A program made the translations under genes and the position numbers. Under the pieces are notes generated by a model, which was not told the origin of the DNA, did no database searches, and was given only the letters and a program-made list of their open reading frames with translations. A stretch of 64,000 bases of DNA from Chara braunii (Eukaryota > Plantae > Charophyceae): contig BFEA01000013.1 in assembly GCA_003427395.1 (NCBI GenBank), positions 2,043,106 through 2,107,105 of the forward strand, given 5' to 3'. Of this stretch, positions 13,173-27,436 are shown one piece after another. Positions within the stretch are counted from its first letter, which is position 1. Each line of letters starts with the position of its first letter.

Positions 13173-13249
13173 GTAAGGTCGATTTTCAGACGTGTTATAA
13201 TTTTGTTATGTATTCTAATTTCCGATAACAATCTCAAAAAAAAAAAAAA

Positions 13250-13404
13250 NNNNNNNNNNNNNNNNNNNNNNNNNNNNNNNNNNNNNNNNNNNNNNNNNNN
13301 NNNNNNNNNNNNNNNNNNNNNNNNNNNNNNNNNNNNNNNNNNNNNNNNNNNNNNNNNNNNNNNNNNNNNNNNNNNNNNNNNNNNNNNNNNNNNNNNNNNN
13401 NNNN
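13250..13404. other. Assembly gap (N run)
   Basis: N bases. Confidence 1.
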
Positions 13405-13469
<65 letters not shown>

Positions 13470-13525
13470 TTCACCACCTAACGAATCGGAGCGACGCGGA
13501 GAAAATTACATGGCCACTGCGCAAG

Positions 13526-13564
<39 letters not shown>

Positions 13565-13565
13565 A
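13405..13565 (+). repeat. (GA)n-spaced ~61-bp repeat unit, same family as 35983-36423
   Basis: CGTTCACCACCTAACGAATCGGAGCGACGCGGAGAAAATTACATGGCCACTGCGCAAGGAT between GA runs. Confidence 0.9.
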
Positions 13566-16060
13566 CCAACCTTGGTGATGCTTGATGGCGACCACCCCTG
13601 CTCCCGCTGGCTGCTGCAACGAAGGATGGCCGCACTTCCCGTAGCGGACGATGGAGGGGGATTGATGTCTTCGATGACAACAGGCAAGGCGTTACGACTG
13701 CGGCGCGAGACACACTGGAGGACACCCGAATGGAATGTCTGGCGGCCTTGCGAGGAGGTTGGCTCACCCGGGTTCGAATTCGAACGTTGGGCGAAAATGT
13801 TCTTCCGGGCCTTGGCGCGGGCCGGGAAAAAATTTCGCCGGCCCGGTTGCAATTTTCCGAGAACCCCCCCTCGCACTTGCACCACGCCCCCCCAATTTTT
13901 TTTTTTTCCCCCTGGACCCTCGTTTTTGGCCATGCGGTGCACGCACTGCACTATGTGGCGCACGTGGGCAAGTGCCGCGCACGATATGCGCCGCAAGTGT
14001 GATCTGTCAAGAACAAGGTTGTGTTGTATAATAACGAGCACAAATGGTACTTCGAGATTTTTGAATTTTTCTTCATTTCTCTGATTAGATATAGAGTTAT
14101 TAGAATTTCAATTATGAGTCTAATTTTTCAGTGGATTGCTTTGCTTTGAAGATATGTATGTGACAAGTTTTTTTTTCTAATATTTTTCTATTCATTTAAA
14201 AAATATTTTGGAGGCCAGGAAATCCTCTTCAATTGCATCCAAAGGCCATCACCCAACTTTGGCTGGTTGGAAACTGAATCTAATATTCCATTCAATTGTT
14301 GTCACCTAAAGTGCGAATAGAAGTACACTCCTGTAAAAACCTTAAACCCTACTGAATTGAAAGCCCTAACAACCTTGTCTTGTTGAGACGATGCTGCACT
14401 CTGCCAGTCCCTTCTTGCTGGCCTTGGAGTCACTTAACTGTCCTCTCCCAATAGCGTTGGTTGAATGGTTGATAGGGGCCACCAGTGAAATCAGATCGTG
14501 CTTCTTGTTGATGGTTAGTAACTTGCCATGGACGAGGACTTGGATCTTGAACTGATTTTTTATCTCTTGGGTGTCCACTGCGTCCCTGTGCATAGTCTAT
14601 ACCTTGCCCTGCCCGACGACCTGGATGAGGCTAGATCTCTAACTGAGTTTTGATATCTTAGGCGTCCACTGGGCGTTGCGTTACCAGCAGCTCTGAAGAT
14701 CTATTTGCAGAAGGGTTTTATTTACGTGATTTTTTTTTTTTTGGGGGGGGGGGTCTTGCTTTTTCCTAGCCCGGGTCCGTGCGGAAAGCCTATTTGGATT
14801 TCTTTTTTTTTTTAATTAGAAAAGCATACGTGTTCCAATAACAGTTGTCGAAGAAGGCTCAACCAGCAACGTCACAAGGCAGCTACATCAGAAGCTCGAC
14901 GTGTTCTACCAGATGCAGCAGCAAACAAAATCTGCCCAAGGGAGAAGCTTAGCTGTTGCTGCAACAGCTTCATCAACAACATTAGGTAGAAGCGAGTGGA
15001 ATGAATGGCACGTCATATAGATCAACAAAATAAATCATATTTTTTTAAATTAAAAACCAGGTAGCAATGAGGCAGCTATCATTTGACACATAAACACACA
15101 CGACAGTTGTACACATTTGGATGAATGACAAGAGCTTCTGAATGTGTGACATTGTTTTCGGACTTGTAATTTTTTCTTTTCTGCTTGAATTACGTTGTTT
15201 TTTTTTTTTTGCGAAAATAGCCCTTGCGTAAGCCCTCTATCCTGGCGGTGGTAAGAGAACCGTAAGAATTGAGGGCTTATCTGTCGGGCTGCTCCATCTA
15301 TTGGTGGGGAGCGGCACCTGCTGGAAACCGGGTCCAATACATCTTTTAACACAGAGATTGTTGTTTCTTGTTTCTTGGGGCTGCGGCCATTTTTGTCTCA
15401 GTCTGGGGCTCCGTTATCCCATGGAGCCGCTAGTATCGCCCATCCCTTCTTGGGATCTGTCGCATCCTGAATGCGAGTTTGTGATGTTGCAAATAATTTA
15501 GTTCTGAAATATAACACTTATTGTTTTTAATAAATGTTTTTTTTTTTTTTTTATGTCTCTTGCAGTTATGGGCGGAAAAAGGTATACTGGGTATGAGATG
15601 AAGAGCAAATTTGGTCCTGTATTTGTCAAATATATCCCAATGGATCTGAACTATACCCAGTGTTGAACACCTTACATAAACACTTCAACTTGAGTTTGAG
15701 AGAGTGGGATGAAGCTTCTGCGGTGATAAAGTAAAGTGTTCGTCACATATTGTCCTTCTCATGTATTCTTAAGGGTGAAGGATATTTGCTGACACATGTT
15801 CGGAGTAGTGACGTAGAGAAAGACTGTGCGTGATCGTGAACATGTGAGTTTGTGATGTTGCTTATTTTATAAGCATATTTTTTAAACGGGGTGCTGAACC
15901 TGTCCTTGAAGGGAGTCCACCGCTTGAATTAAGTTTTTTTTTCTACGAACCCGCGTCTGTGTGGTGTTGTGTGTGGTGTGTTGTTGAGTTGGACACTACA
16001 GCCTTGCAAGGGTGGGGTGGATATCACGACCGGTATGGTTCCACTTTTGAACACCGTGTT

Positions 16061-16700
16061 CTAGCTGTAGTGGTTAAGATACTTGGCTCTGGAGGCCGAG
16101 GTAGCCGGTTTGAATTCCTGTTCGCACGGAGGAGGGCTTAGGCCTAGATGTGCGGATCCATGAACTGCGGTGGCTTATGCTGTCAGTACACATCCCCAGA
16201 CCCTGCTGCCACCTCGGCGCTGCTATCCAGCAGAGCCAGAATATCCCTCTGCCTGAGCTCTCACTTTTCTATATGGAAAGTGAGCTCTGCCTCCCTGCGC
16301 CCTGGGCCTGGCCGCCGTGTTTCCTGCAGCTTCTTGTCGGCCCCCAGTATCTGCGCTTAGGGCCATTGCAGACAGTGGCCTGGGCCCTCAGCAGTTAAGC
16401 AGCCTAACTACGCAACGTGGCCAGCATCGCACATAACGATTCTATAGGCCGAGAGGCACCTGGCCACGTCGTAGCCTGGATGAGCCCAAAGGTTCCACAT
16501 ATCGTGATCCCGCAGGGCGTGGGCCTTGTAACCAACTGGCGCGTGGCAACTGTCTGCTGCCTGAACCTTCAGAAATGACAAAATAGGCCTCATGTCGAAA
16601 TGCAGGGCCGCCTTCACTTAGGGCGGGCACGAGCCTTGCTGGGGGCCCTTTTGTCTGCCGGGTGTTGTGGCCTGAAAGACCCGGCGAGGGGCTCAATCCT
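16061..16700 (+). mobile_element. tRNA-like head followed by a dispersed repeat body (homologue at ~23670-24360)
   Basis: TAGCTGTAGTGGTTAA and GGTTTGAATTCC boxes. Shares CTCACTTT(T/C)CTATATGGAAAGTGAGCTCTGC and CCTTCACTTAGGGCGGGCAC with the 23.7-24.4 kb region. Confidence 0.5.
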
Positions 16701-18035
16701 CACACTGCCTCCTCCTTAGCTTACGAAGTCCGCTGAGGTGCTTTTACGCAGGTGCTTTCCCCTTCAACTTCCTTTCATAATCAGCAACGACGTGAGGTGC
16801 TGTCATAATCAACATTCATTTGGATTCGTGTGATGCCTGAATATGACCTTGTACTCTCTGGTAAGGTGGTCTTCCTCTGCCAACTGGCTTAGGAACGAGC
16901 AGATCTTTGGTGATCCATAATATCGTCAATGTCACGTGGACATTCATGGTTGGGGGCAGCATCTCCTCGATGAGCATCTATCAGTATCAGTGAAATGTGC
17001 AAGCTTGGAAGCATGGAAAACAGGGTAAGTACGCAGGTGACCATTAATTCTAATCACATAGGAGGGACCATCCGGATCACTACCCACGATATCCAAGACT
17101 TCCCAAGGACGAAGTACTGAGGCGTTAGCTTCTTAGAGATGCCGAATTCCTGTTTATTATTTTGCATAACAACGCTTTTTTTTTTTTTTTTTTGACCTTC
17201 TGGCACCCACGGTGGGCCTAGTCTGGTTGCTCGCCCAACCAACAAGTTTTTTTTTTTTTTTTTTTTTTAACCTGCAAGTTGTTGCGATTGGCTTGCAGCT
17301 TCATCTCCTGCAAGTTGTTCATACCTGGTCGAAACACAAGCAATTAATTAAAAGTTAATAATCTGCCGCGCGTTCAAGGATGACGCGCATTAATCAAGAA
17401 ACGGTCAAATTAAAAAAAAAAAAAAAAAAAACCTGCCTGCTGCCTGCTTACCTGACTGCTTGGTTGCCAGCTTGCCTGGTTGCCTGACTGACTGCCTGCT
17501 TGCCTACGTGCCTCGCTGTGTACCTGGTTGATGTGGTTGCCTGGTTGTCTCGCTTACTAGCTTGTTGGCTGCATGCGTGCCTAGGTGCCTGCCAGCCTGG
17601 GTTGTGTGACCCACTGGGGTATTTGTGTGCTGAGAACATCCTTTGACCAGGTGTAACCATGTTGTTTATGTCGGTTGCAGAACATAATTAGAGTTGGCTA
17701 GACCACATAGGTAGAAAAACAATCAGTAGCGGTACCACGTTTTCAGTCCATTAAAAAGTATATCATGAGTGTTTTCAAATGTTAGTAGAATCAAGACATA
17801 ACGAAATGTTTTTTTTTTTTTTTCATTGACAGTATTTTCCTACATTTGATGTGACACTTTGTGTATGATTAATAACCTTCTTGTGTATGTTCGGTTGCTG
17901 TGTTACTGTGTGTGTTTCGTGTTTTTTATTTATTTTTCTTTTATAAAAATTAACAGTTTACCAAGTCACTCAGCACCGGTATTTCGTCAGTACAGTCAAC
18001 AAATCGCAAAAGAGGACCCAGATATGCAGTGCGCC

Positions 18036-18310
18036 AATGATCCTGATGCAACATTGTCATCACCCTTCAAGACAGCGAAAGGAAAGGAAGCAACGCCTAC
18101 AGATGATAAATCATCATCAACACATCATCTTGAAGCAACATTGTCATCACCTTTCAAGACAGCCAAAGGAAAGTAAGGAGCAACTTCTGCTGATGATAAA
18201 TCATCACCAGTTGATGATCTTGAAGCAACATTGACATCACCATTGAAAACGGCCAAAGGAAACAAAGCAGCGACTTTTGCAAATGATAAATCATCACCTC
18301 TTGTTGATGA
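18036..18310 (+). repeat. Coding tandem repeat, 3 x ~87-90 bp (ATLSSPFKTAKGK...DDKSS)
   Basis: Visible in both DNA and translation. Confidence 0.85.
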
Positions 18311-19231
18311 CTCTCACAAAGTTCCATGTGCAAAATCTCCAACCAGAGCTTCTGAAAATGGGGGAGTTCAGCAACAGGATGCACAACCAAGGAGTATGTT
18401 AACCAATCCTGGAACATCTGCATCAAGAGCTTTGAAAATTTCTGCTCTCAATTCTGCAGCAGAAAATGGAGCAGACAATGGCGTTTTAGAAGGTTCACAG
18501 AAGCAAGAACCTTTGAAAAACGAATTTGAGTTCGAAGTCGCAGCTGCTGAGAATGGAGATCCAGTTGCAGTAAGGATAGTTACAACTCAGAACAACGATG
18601 GTATACATGACAAGAAAATTCAGGATGGAGCCATCAGTTTGGATAATAGTGATTCATCCGCAACTGCTTTATCTGGGAGTACTCGGGGGCCAAATTGCAG
18701 CGTAGGCGGAACAAGTGGCTCATTTCACAAACGTGATCGAAACGGTCATTCACAAAGGTCTAGAAAAGGACATAAGAAGAAGAAGACACCACAGTAGTTC
18801 CAGTATTAGTGGTTCAAAAACTATGAAGAACTTTTCTCATGTAACTTATGATTGATGTTTGTTTTTTCCATCTAGCTTTGATTTTTTCTCCATGGGTTTC
18901 AAGGGTTGTTGTGCACAATGATTATTTGAATTTCTTTGGAGAAAGAAGGGTCCAGTCTGGAATCTGACTACCAATCGTATTTGTAATTTTTTTGGCCTAG
19001 GAATTCAAAAGTGGTTAGGGACTGTATTTTGCATGGTACCATAGGCTAATGGTTGTCGTGTTAGTTATGCATTAGGTTAGTCGCAGTCTATAGTTCTCTC
19101 AGTCAGCAGACTTGCTTGGGCCAAAGGTTGAACAACGGGATGAGACGTACATGATGTTTCTATTTCCAATCTGACATCCCGCCCCGCATTGCGGGTCTTG
19201 GTGTTGTCACCTTATTTGGTTGTGTCAATAC

Positions 19232-19290
<59 letters not shown>

Positions 19291-19850
19291 GTCTCTATCT
19301 TTCTCACACACACACACACTCGCTTGCTTGATCTTTCTTTCTTGGTCACTTTGCTTGCTCTTTGTGTATGTGGGTGCCATAATTCAAAGCAAAACAACCA
19401 AGCAATCACCAGTCCTTAAAGATCATCATAAGACGATGCTGATTATTCTTTGGGGAGGCATGTGAAAGGTATGACGTATTTTGATCATCCTATCCTCATT
19501 AGACCCTGAAGCCCATGTCACAGATCTACTGTTTATACTTAGATTTTTTTATGTTTTTTTTTTTTTTTTTTTTTTTTAAGGTTATTGCCATATGTAATAT
19601 AGATACATATCTGTACATATATTTTTGAAGCAACAACTAGGCTACCAACCGGGCCACCCGGTCACCTTGTTTTCCATGGCAGCCTAGCTGTGCAAGGGCA
19701 AAGGAAGGTCCCAACAAACAAAACAAATTAAAAAAAAACAAAATATCCGAAAAAAAACTATGTAGTGCAAAAAAATAAACTAATCAACTTTTGCCTTAGG
19801 TTCTTATCAAAACTCTTTACTTAAGTTTTAAAATATTATATATATATCTA

Positions 19851-20118
19851 GGCTACCAGAGTGGCCCGGGGTCACTTGCCCGGCCGGGCCAAAATAATTA
19901 AAAAATAATAATTTTAAATTTTATTTTTTATTTTAAATTTGTTGAAGAATTTGGATGTGACCCTGAGGCAAAAGTTGTTCAGGTTGTTTTTCTGCATAAC
20001 ATAGTTTGTTTTCGAAAGTTTTAGATTTTTTTTTTTTTTTTTTTTTTTTTCTGCTGGGACCTTACCTGGTCCTTGCACGGGCTGGCCACCCGGGACCCGG
20101 GCGGCCCGTCTGGTAGCC
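19851..20118 (+). mobile_element. MITE with GGCTACCAG/CTGGTAGCC termini in TA context
   Basis: Terminal inverted repeat CTAGGCTACCAG...CTGGTAGCCTAG. An adjacent inverted partial copy lies at ~19640-19830. Confidence 0.75.
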
Positions 20119-22959
20119 TAGATATATATATATTATATCCTATATATATTTTTGTTTTTTTTTGAATTTGGTAGACTAGAGCAGCAGCTTAAAAATCCAA
20201 AAAGCTTCTCCCCCCCCCCCCCCCCCCCCTCTTCAATGTTCATGTTGGGGCAATGCACATTGGGGGGGGGGGGGAGGGGGGAGGGGGGAGGGGGTTGAGG
20301 ATATTTGGAGATCAGTGTCTTTGATATGACACAAAATTCAGGCATGTACTTTTCCAGCAGCTACCTTGTGGCTCTCACATTCACTAATATTCCAAACCTC
20401 AACCCCCTCTCTTGCTAGGAAAATCGTTTTTTTTTTTTTTTAATGAAAAGTGTAACAAAGCACTTTTGGTAATGATGTATAGCTTAAAACGACAGAGTGG
20501 TCACATCAAATATTGTTTATATCAGAAGCCCCCTATTGACAAGATAACATGATATGTCCTCATTCTTGTTGCTATATGATTGAAAGTTATTTCTTCATTC
20601 AAGTTCTCATGTTAATTTTAGAAATTTCTTACAAAAAAATAACACAGGTTTTCTGAACTTTCCAACTTGCTTGCTCGTATTGACGCGTGTATTGCTGGCT
20701 GTTGTTCTGTGTTGTCTCTTTTTTTTGTCTATTTGCATTGTCAAATGTCAATTCAGAATTAATTGCAATTGCGAGGCCAGAGGCCCTTCCCAGCCAGAGC
20801 GTGCATGGCCTAAGTAAAGGCGGGCCCCGAATTGTCATAAGGCCAATAATTTGTCAATTTTGCAAATCTTTGTCGGCGATAGACAGTTATGACGTGCCAG
20901 TTGGTTAAGACTTTTGAGCGTGTTCGCACAGGGTACCTCCCGGGCAGTTGGGCATACCTAACTAACCACGTCTGAATGCAGAATCAGGCCGCGACCGAAT
21001 TTTGAGGAAACCGGGACTCATGTGCAGCCGGGGAAGAACGCCCTTCGATATAGTAGCCGCGGGAGAGCAGGGAAGCATTCGGGCACTTGCTTGTGCGTGC
21101 GGCAGCGCTGCTGTGCTAAGTGTGTGCGTTAGTGCGTCGAGCTCTGCGGTAGAGCAGGGTAGCGCGAGCGGTCATAGCCAAGCTGCGAGCGCTGGCATCG
21201 GGGTGCAGCGCAGGGGGTTACAAGACTGATGAAAACTGGAAAGATGGACTCAATTGCTGATCTGATATATCCCATGACACTTGTCGATGCATTTCAAACT
21301 GTGCACATTTCTAATATGCTACCAGACGACATGCCAAATGTTTTTTCTCATGTAACAGAAGTGTTGAACAACAGAGCATCCGCTTGCCAGAAGAGTCACT
21401 GTACTGAGACAGATGTTTACACGGTTCGCACAAAACTTCGGTGGTATGACAAAACCCTTCTCGAGAATCCGGTAATGACAGCAGATCATGCCCTTCACAT
21501 GACGGAGACCGAATTCATCATCTTACCTGTAATTTCTCACTGGTCACAATGCAAGGAAGCACTTGTCTTCGAAGAATCTGCTCTCCAACCATTCTTCTAC
21601 CCCATGCAAGGAACTTCATCACTGGGTATTCTGTATAAAAAAAAGTGTCCTCATTGTCAAATACCGTTATCATACAGTTACTATACTACTGGAGTAAAGG
21701 AGCGCATGTTTAATGCAACAACAAGAGGTGATGAAGATTGGTTTGAACTCAATTTAGAGACAATCATCAGTGTGAGACTCCTGCGCGAGCACGATAAAAA
21801 ACTGTAAGTGATTTTGGGTGAGTGTTTTCCACGGTTTTCGGAGTGTCATGCAAGTTATGTACTAGTAACATATATGTTTTGTGTTGTTGCCTTGAGTCTT
21901 TGTTCCTTTGGTTGTACCAGGCTTAATTTTTTGTCTTTTGCGCCTGTCCGCTGCAAGTGCGAGGATGATGGACTAGATGCTGTGATCCACTGAATTGATA
22001 AACTTTATGGATGACATCCTATAAATAGTGAACTTCATTTCTACTGGTTCGGAATGTACAGTCTTCGACGAAGTACGACCATAAAATTGGCAAATAGGAA
22101 AGGATATGACAATACTTCTACGTACATTTCGCATATTTACATCTCAACTTTTAACGACTTTGTTTTGTGCTACTCATTTTTCTGTTCTAAATTGTGTACA
22201 GGTATGAATTGAACAGTGGCTTCGCAACAACTGCGACAGTGCACGATGATAGAAAGGGGTTGACAAGATTCCTCACGATTGAGGATCAAACGAAAGAGAC
22301 GACAAGACATAGGCACACAAATCGGTATATCCTAAATAGGCAAAGACTTGAGGATGCCTACTTTCGTTGGAGAGTGTCTTTGTTTCTTCAAAGGCATGAA
22401 GAACATTTAATTGCACATGTGAACCTTCCAATGCCATTGAATGAAATTTTGCTTCAGGTAATAACTTCTTACACTTGATTGATCCTACTTCTCACAATTT
22501 TTATTATAAATTGACTGAAATTACGTGTGTCATATAAGGATCCATCCAATCGGTAACAAACATGTATGTCATGTGGTTCCCTGCATGAAACTCTGCTAAG
22601 ACTAGTGTTTGTTTTTGTATCAACGAGCCTTCAAAAAGAAAAAGTACTTGTACAATGACTTGCATAATATAGTTTGGGACAATGCTGTTCAATTGCAACT
22701 CTGAAATGGAAGAGATTGGGAAGATAAATGGACAAAGCAAGAAGAAGAATTTAGAGTGAAAGAAGGAGATGAAGTCTATGAATGAATATCAGTCCCCCCT
22801 CAACTCATCGATTATATCTGTAAGGAAGTTAATTGCCCATTGCTTTGTTTCTCATTCTTGTTTTTATTATAATTATCATGAATTATATATAATCTAATAA
22901 ATAATTAAAGGATGTGGTGAGAGGAGGAGGTGGACGAGGAAAAGAAGGGCTTGTACTTG

Positions 22960-24430
22960 TGTGTGAGAAGGGTATGCAAGCCATTAGTTTTGCCTTAACG
23001 TCTGTGGACCCCACTCAACTAACTGGAATGGTTTTATCTCTAACCCTTTGCCTTCTGTCCTCTGCGTCACTGACCTCGGCTTCTAGCTGGACCGGAATGT
23101 CTACTGCCTCCTGAATGTCCAGGTCGGCCAACGTGAGCTGGAGTGGTTTGCTGAACTGCGAGCTCACCATTTGACTTGAGACTGCTGTCTGACTAACCCG
23201 TACCTGAGCAATTAGCGCATCAGCCTTCATGGCTTGTCTGCTGCATCCTTATGCCTCTGCTGCTGCGGCAGCGTGTCCTAACACTTGCTCCACTGCTGCA
23301 ACTGCCCTTCGGACCCAGCACTACACATTGCTTTTAGAATGGCGTCAGGCGCCCCAACCTACTCTACTCCCTACAGCTACGACATCTGCAGATGGCGACC
23401 AGGACCCCTTCCTCTTAAAGACCAGTGTGCATGATGTCAACCCCAATCTCGACCTTCTCTTACACATCAGGTATGTATTGACTCGCTCATCACTCTCCCT
23501 TAACTCCCCACAGTGTGCAATCCCTACACCCAACGACCACCATCACCCTCCTAGCTCTGCACCCAGCAGCCTGGCCATGGTCGCTGTGTGCCCACTGCCC
23601 TGCAGTGCACCTCACACCTCCAGCGCCCGTGTGCGCGATCCCGCCAGTGCCTTCGTCTCAATCACGAAGGAGCAAGCCAGCAGCGTGGCCGCATTGCCTA
23701 CCAAGGCCAGAATGACCCTGGCTGCCTTGCTCACTTTCCTATATGGAAAGTGAGCTCTGCTTGCCGAGCTCAGCGCCTGGCTGGACGAGTTTCCAGTAGC
23801 TTCCAGTTGGGCCTCATTGCCTGCACCCAGGCCCACATTCAGTTAAGGGCCTGGGCCTCGTACAGTTAGGCTCATTCAGGCCGACGTCTAGGCTCAAGTG
23901 TCCGTCGTATTCTCATTGGCTGGTTGGGCCTCAGTGTCGACAATGCTGCTTTCCGATTCGCCCGCAACGGCTTCGTGATGTGTCGGCCTCACGCTGACTG
24001 TGGCCATGGTTCAACCACCGGGCCCCTGTGCTCAACTGCTTGGCACATATACTGTTGCTGCGTAGAGCCCAAGGAGAGGCTCACGTTGCACTTTAACCAA
24101 CTGACACCTGATACCCATATTGGAAATGCTGAGATAAAGGGCCTTTCGTGGATATTCAGGCCTGCCTTCATTTAGGTCGGGCACAGGCTTGCTGAGGGCC
24201 ACAACCCAGATTATGTATGAGCCCTATAAGGGCTAGGCCATATAGAAGCTAGAGGCCCACATATGGGTTCCAACAACCACTTAGCATAATCCCACTGGCC
24301 GGAACTTTGGCCTTGCCACAGATATGCAGACCCACCTTCACTTAGGGCGGGCACAACCTTTACCAGCACATGCGAAGGGTCAAATCCTTGCAGAGTCGTT
24401 AGTGTTTCCAAAAACCCTATGGCTTGCAAC
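22960..24430 (-). mobile_element. Degenerate retroelement-like insertion in KDZ intron 2
   Basis: GC-richer block with short coding-like minus-strand ORFs and homology to 16200-16650. Family not identified. Confidence 0.35.
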
Positions 24431-24627
24431 TAGAAGAGAGATACTGACCTCTCTACTGACTCGGTTAATTAACGATGCTGCGTACCTCTTCACCCGGTGA
24501 CATCCTGACTGCTATGGTCTCCGAGGATACATCTGCTCTCACAATTTCAACCAGCGCACCTCCATGCTTGTTTTTCACTATGTTATTAATGTGGGGCATT
24601 CAAACTTGCAGATGATTATCAGTGGAT

Positions 24628-24696
<69 letters not shown>

Positions 24697-25828
24697 GTTT
24701 TGAGACATTTGTTTCTACATAGAGGATACATGTATTAGAAGGTATTCGAACCAGAAACACACACTTTGACATTGGAGGTTTCTTAGACTGTGATTTTTCT
24801 AGGTTATTATAACATCTTTTTCCCACCTTTTTTACTCTCCTCCATTCCTCCATCTCAAGTTCGAATGTATACTCGTTTGCCTCTAATATATAGTTTTCGT
24901 TTTTTCTTGTTGTTGTTTTTTGTGAATGTAGTTGCAAGATCCTTTCTGGTTCCATTTGTTAGAGGAAGCACAAAACCATCCTCTTCAGTGCAGGGAAGAA
25001 CTTTGTGGGAGGTACTGTCATGTCGATGGTCACTTCAAGGTCTGTCGGTCGAGGTGTGCAAAGTCAGATGTCACCTTATATCAGACTGCAATTGGTGCAA
25101 TTGTCAAGGGTTGCCCTGAAACATTTGTCCGACAACGAAAATGGTGTCAGAAACACCTGCCCGAAAAACAACCAATCGATGTGCCAGAGGAGAGCAACGA
25201 GGAAGAGGAGATGTGCATCGCTACTATTGATGAGCCCATTGCCGGTCGTACTCGCTTTCTATCAAAGATCGATATGAATGATGCAGAAATTATCATTGAA
25301 TCGCGGTTGTTTCCAAATATCAGTGCAACTCTTATTGTACATTTGTGTTGGCATACTGTTGCAAAAAAATATGACCATCATACGATATTCATAATTTTTT
25401 TATATATATATTTTTCAACTTCCTTTCTAAGTTTCTATTATCATTCCACTTCCCCCCACACAAGCAAGTCATAAAGGATTTCAATAAGCACTCATGCACG
25501 CTCCTCCCCCTTATGGTGAGGAGGCCTGAAAGAAAGCATTGATTTCTAAAAAAAAGAAGGATGTACCACCCTTCACCCCTACCTAATTTAGCCTGCTCTA
25601 GTTTGGTTCTACAGTTGGATGCTAGTGTGATTACCATATCCTTTCGCTACGGATAGCTTGGTCAAGAAGTCGGCATGTAGAAAGTACAAGACACTGATGC
25701 ATCATGGGAAAGACCCTGTCATCGATCATGACGTAGAATGACCCGAAATCATTCAACCACGATCAAACCATACAAGACCCATAGCGTTGAAGCCTTCCAC
25801 ACCAGCATGAACCGACCAAAGCGAGCAC

Positions 25829-25889
<61 letters not shown>

Positions 25890-27371
25890 GAGATCGTCGA
25901 AGACTTGCCAATCTTCCTGTTCCTATCAGCTCCTTGACTGTCGGATTTTCTTTACTTGCTCCGAGATGCTCGAGCTGTTGGTTTGGGCCTAAGCCCTACC
26001 CTACTTGATTCCTACCAGCTTTGTTGGAGCCCTAAACCTTGGTTGACTTTTCCTCTCCCTTTTTTGGTGTTTACTGTTACCTCTACCGGAATCTTGAATT
26101 CAAGGTTAGAATTTGCTTGCTCAGTATTCTATTGTATGGGCTAAAACCCTAACCCCTAGTCCTATTTTTCTAGATTTTACCACTATCAGGTGGTTGACGA
26201 TGCTTGATCTGGTTTAGACTGCTACCCTTTGGTGGCTTGACTAAAACTCATTACCCTGTCTGAATCATTTTTACTACTCGTTTGTGATCCTTGGACCTGC
26301 CTGCTTGCTATACTGTCGCGTGATTAGTATACCAGCATGTGTCCTAGTGGTATGCTCAACCCGTTTATTGTTCTTCTCTATGAGAATTCCATATGAATGT
26401 CGAAGGATTCGGGGATGCTATTGAGTGATTGTGTTTCTGCTCGTGTTCCATTTTAGCAGTAACCTTTTTTTTTCGTTACAAAAGAAAAATATTCATGAAC
26501 TTATTGCACTTGATTATTTTCTGTTTTCTTGATTTTTTTCACAGGGCTTGTTCTACTTTGTGAAGTGGAAAAATCAGTCATATTCACGATCTTTGTGGTG
26601 TCATGAAAGTGATTTTGCTGGTGAACATGCATCAAAAGTTCTCAGGACTTTTCTAGATGCACAATTGCCAATTGATTTTTATCAGGGGCCATATCCACAC
26701 CCAGATGAAGCAAAAAATGCCGACGACAAGAGTAAGACTGCAAAGCTTCAGCGAACGGCTTGCACACCACGCAAAATAGATGACAAAAACAAAAGCACAT
26801 GTGGCTCTATTCATTGCTTTTGGTCATGTGGTTTCATGTTCCCTCGATGGAAATGATATTGGCAGAGTCCTGCACGCAGGTATGTTGTTGTGTATTTCTC
26901 AAAATCTATTTTTTTCTAGGCTACATTGCTTGCCTGGCCGTACAACAAGGTTAGCCTACCTGGGCTAGTTGCTTGGGGATCACCTGCATGGGCCAAACCC
27001 ATCCAGGCAAAAACCAGCCTTTAAAAAATATATATATGTATATTGGTGGACGATTTTTTAAGCATGGCGAGAGGAGCGCAAATCCGGTTCTTGGCTATCA
27101 AGAGAGAGGGGAAGGAAGGGGGCTATCAATCGTTCTAAGGCCAAAAGGGGTTTAAAAGGGGGTGCTATTAGTTTGAATTTCTACTGGGTTTCATTTTTTA
27201 TTTTTCAAAATTAATTCCATGAGGAATTTTAATGTGACCTTCAGCTAACAGTAGTATTTTGCAATTCTACTACAACCAGGGCTGGACCGCCAATTGGCCG
27301 GTTGATCCAGGCTGGTCCAACTGAGGTTGGTCTAGTTGAGAGGTTCCAACCGAAAAAACGGTTGACCCCAA

Positions 27372-27416
<45 letters not shown>

Positions 27417-27436
27417 TTATATATTATATATATATG

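Larger units (their letters stand above)
14845..18797 (+). pseudogene. Unidentified decayed multi-exon gene (candidate exons ~14845-15007, 15221-15472, 15566-15843, 17957-18797)
   Basis: Polypyrimidine-YAG acceptors precede coding-like blocks. The last exon is ~280 codons with one TAA (18174-18176), three ~30-aa repeats and a basic NLS-like end (RSRKGHKKKK). Phases of the upstream exons are not resolved. Confidence 0.4.
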
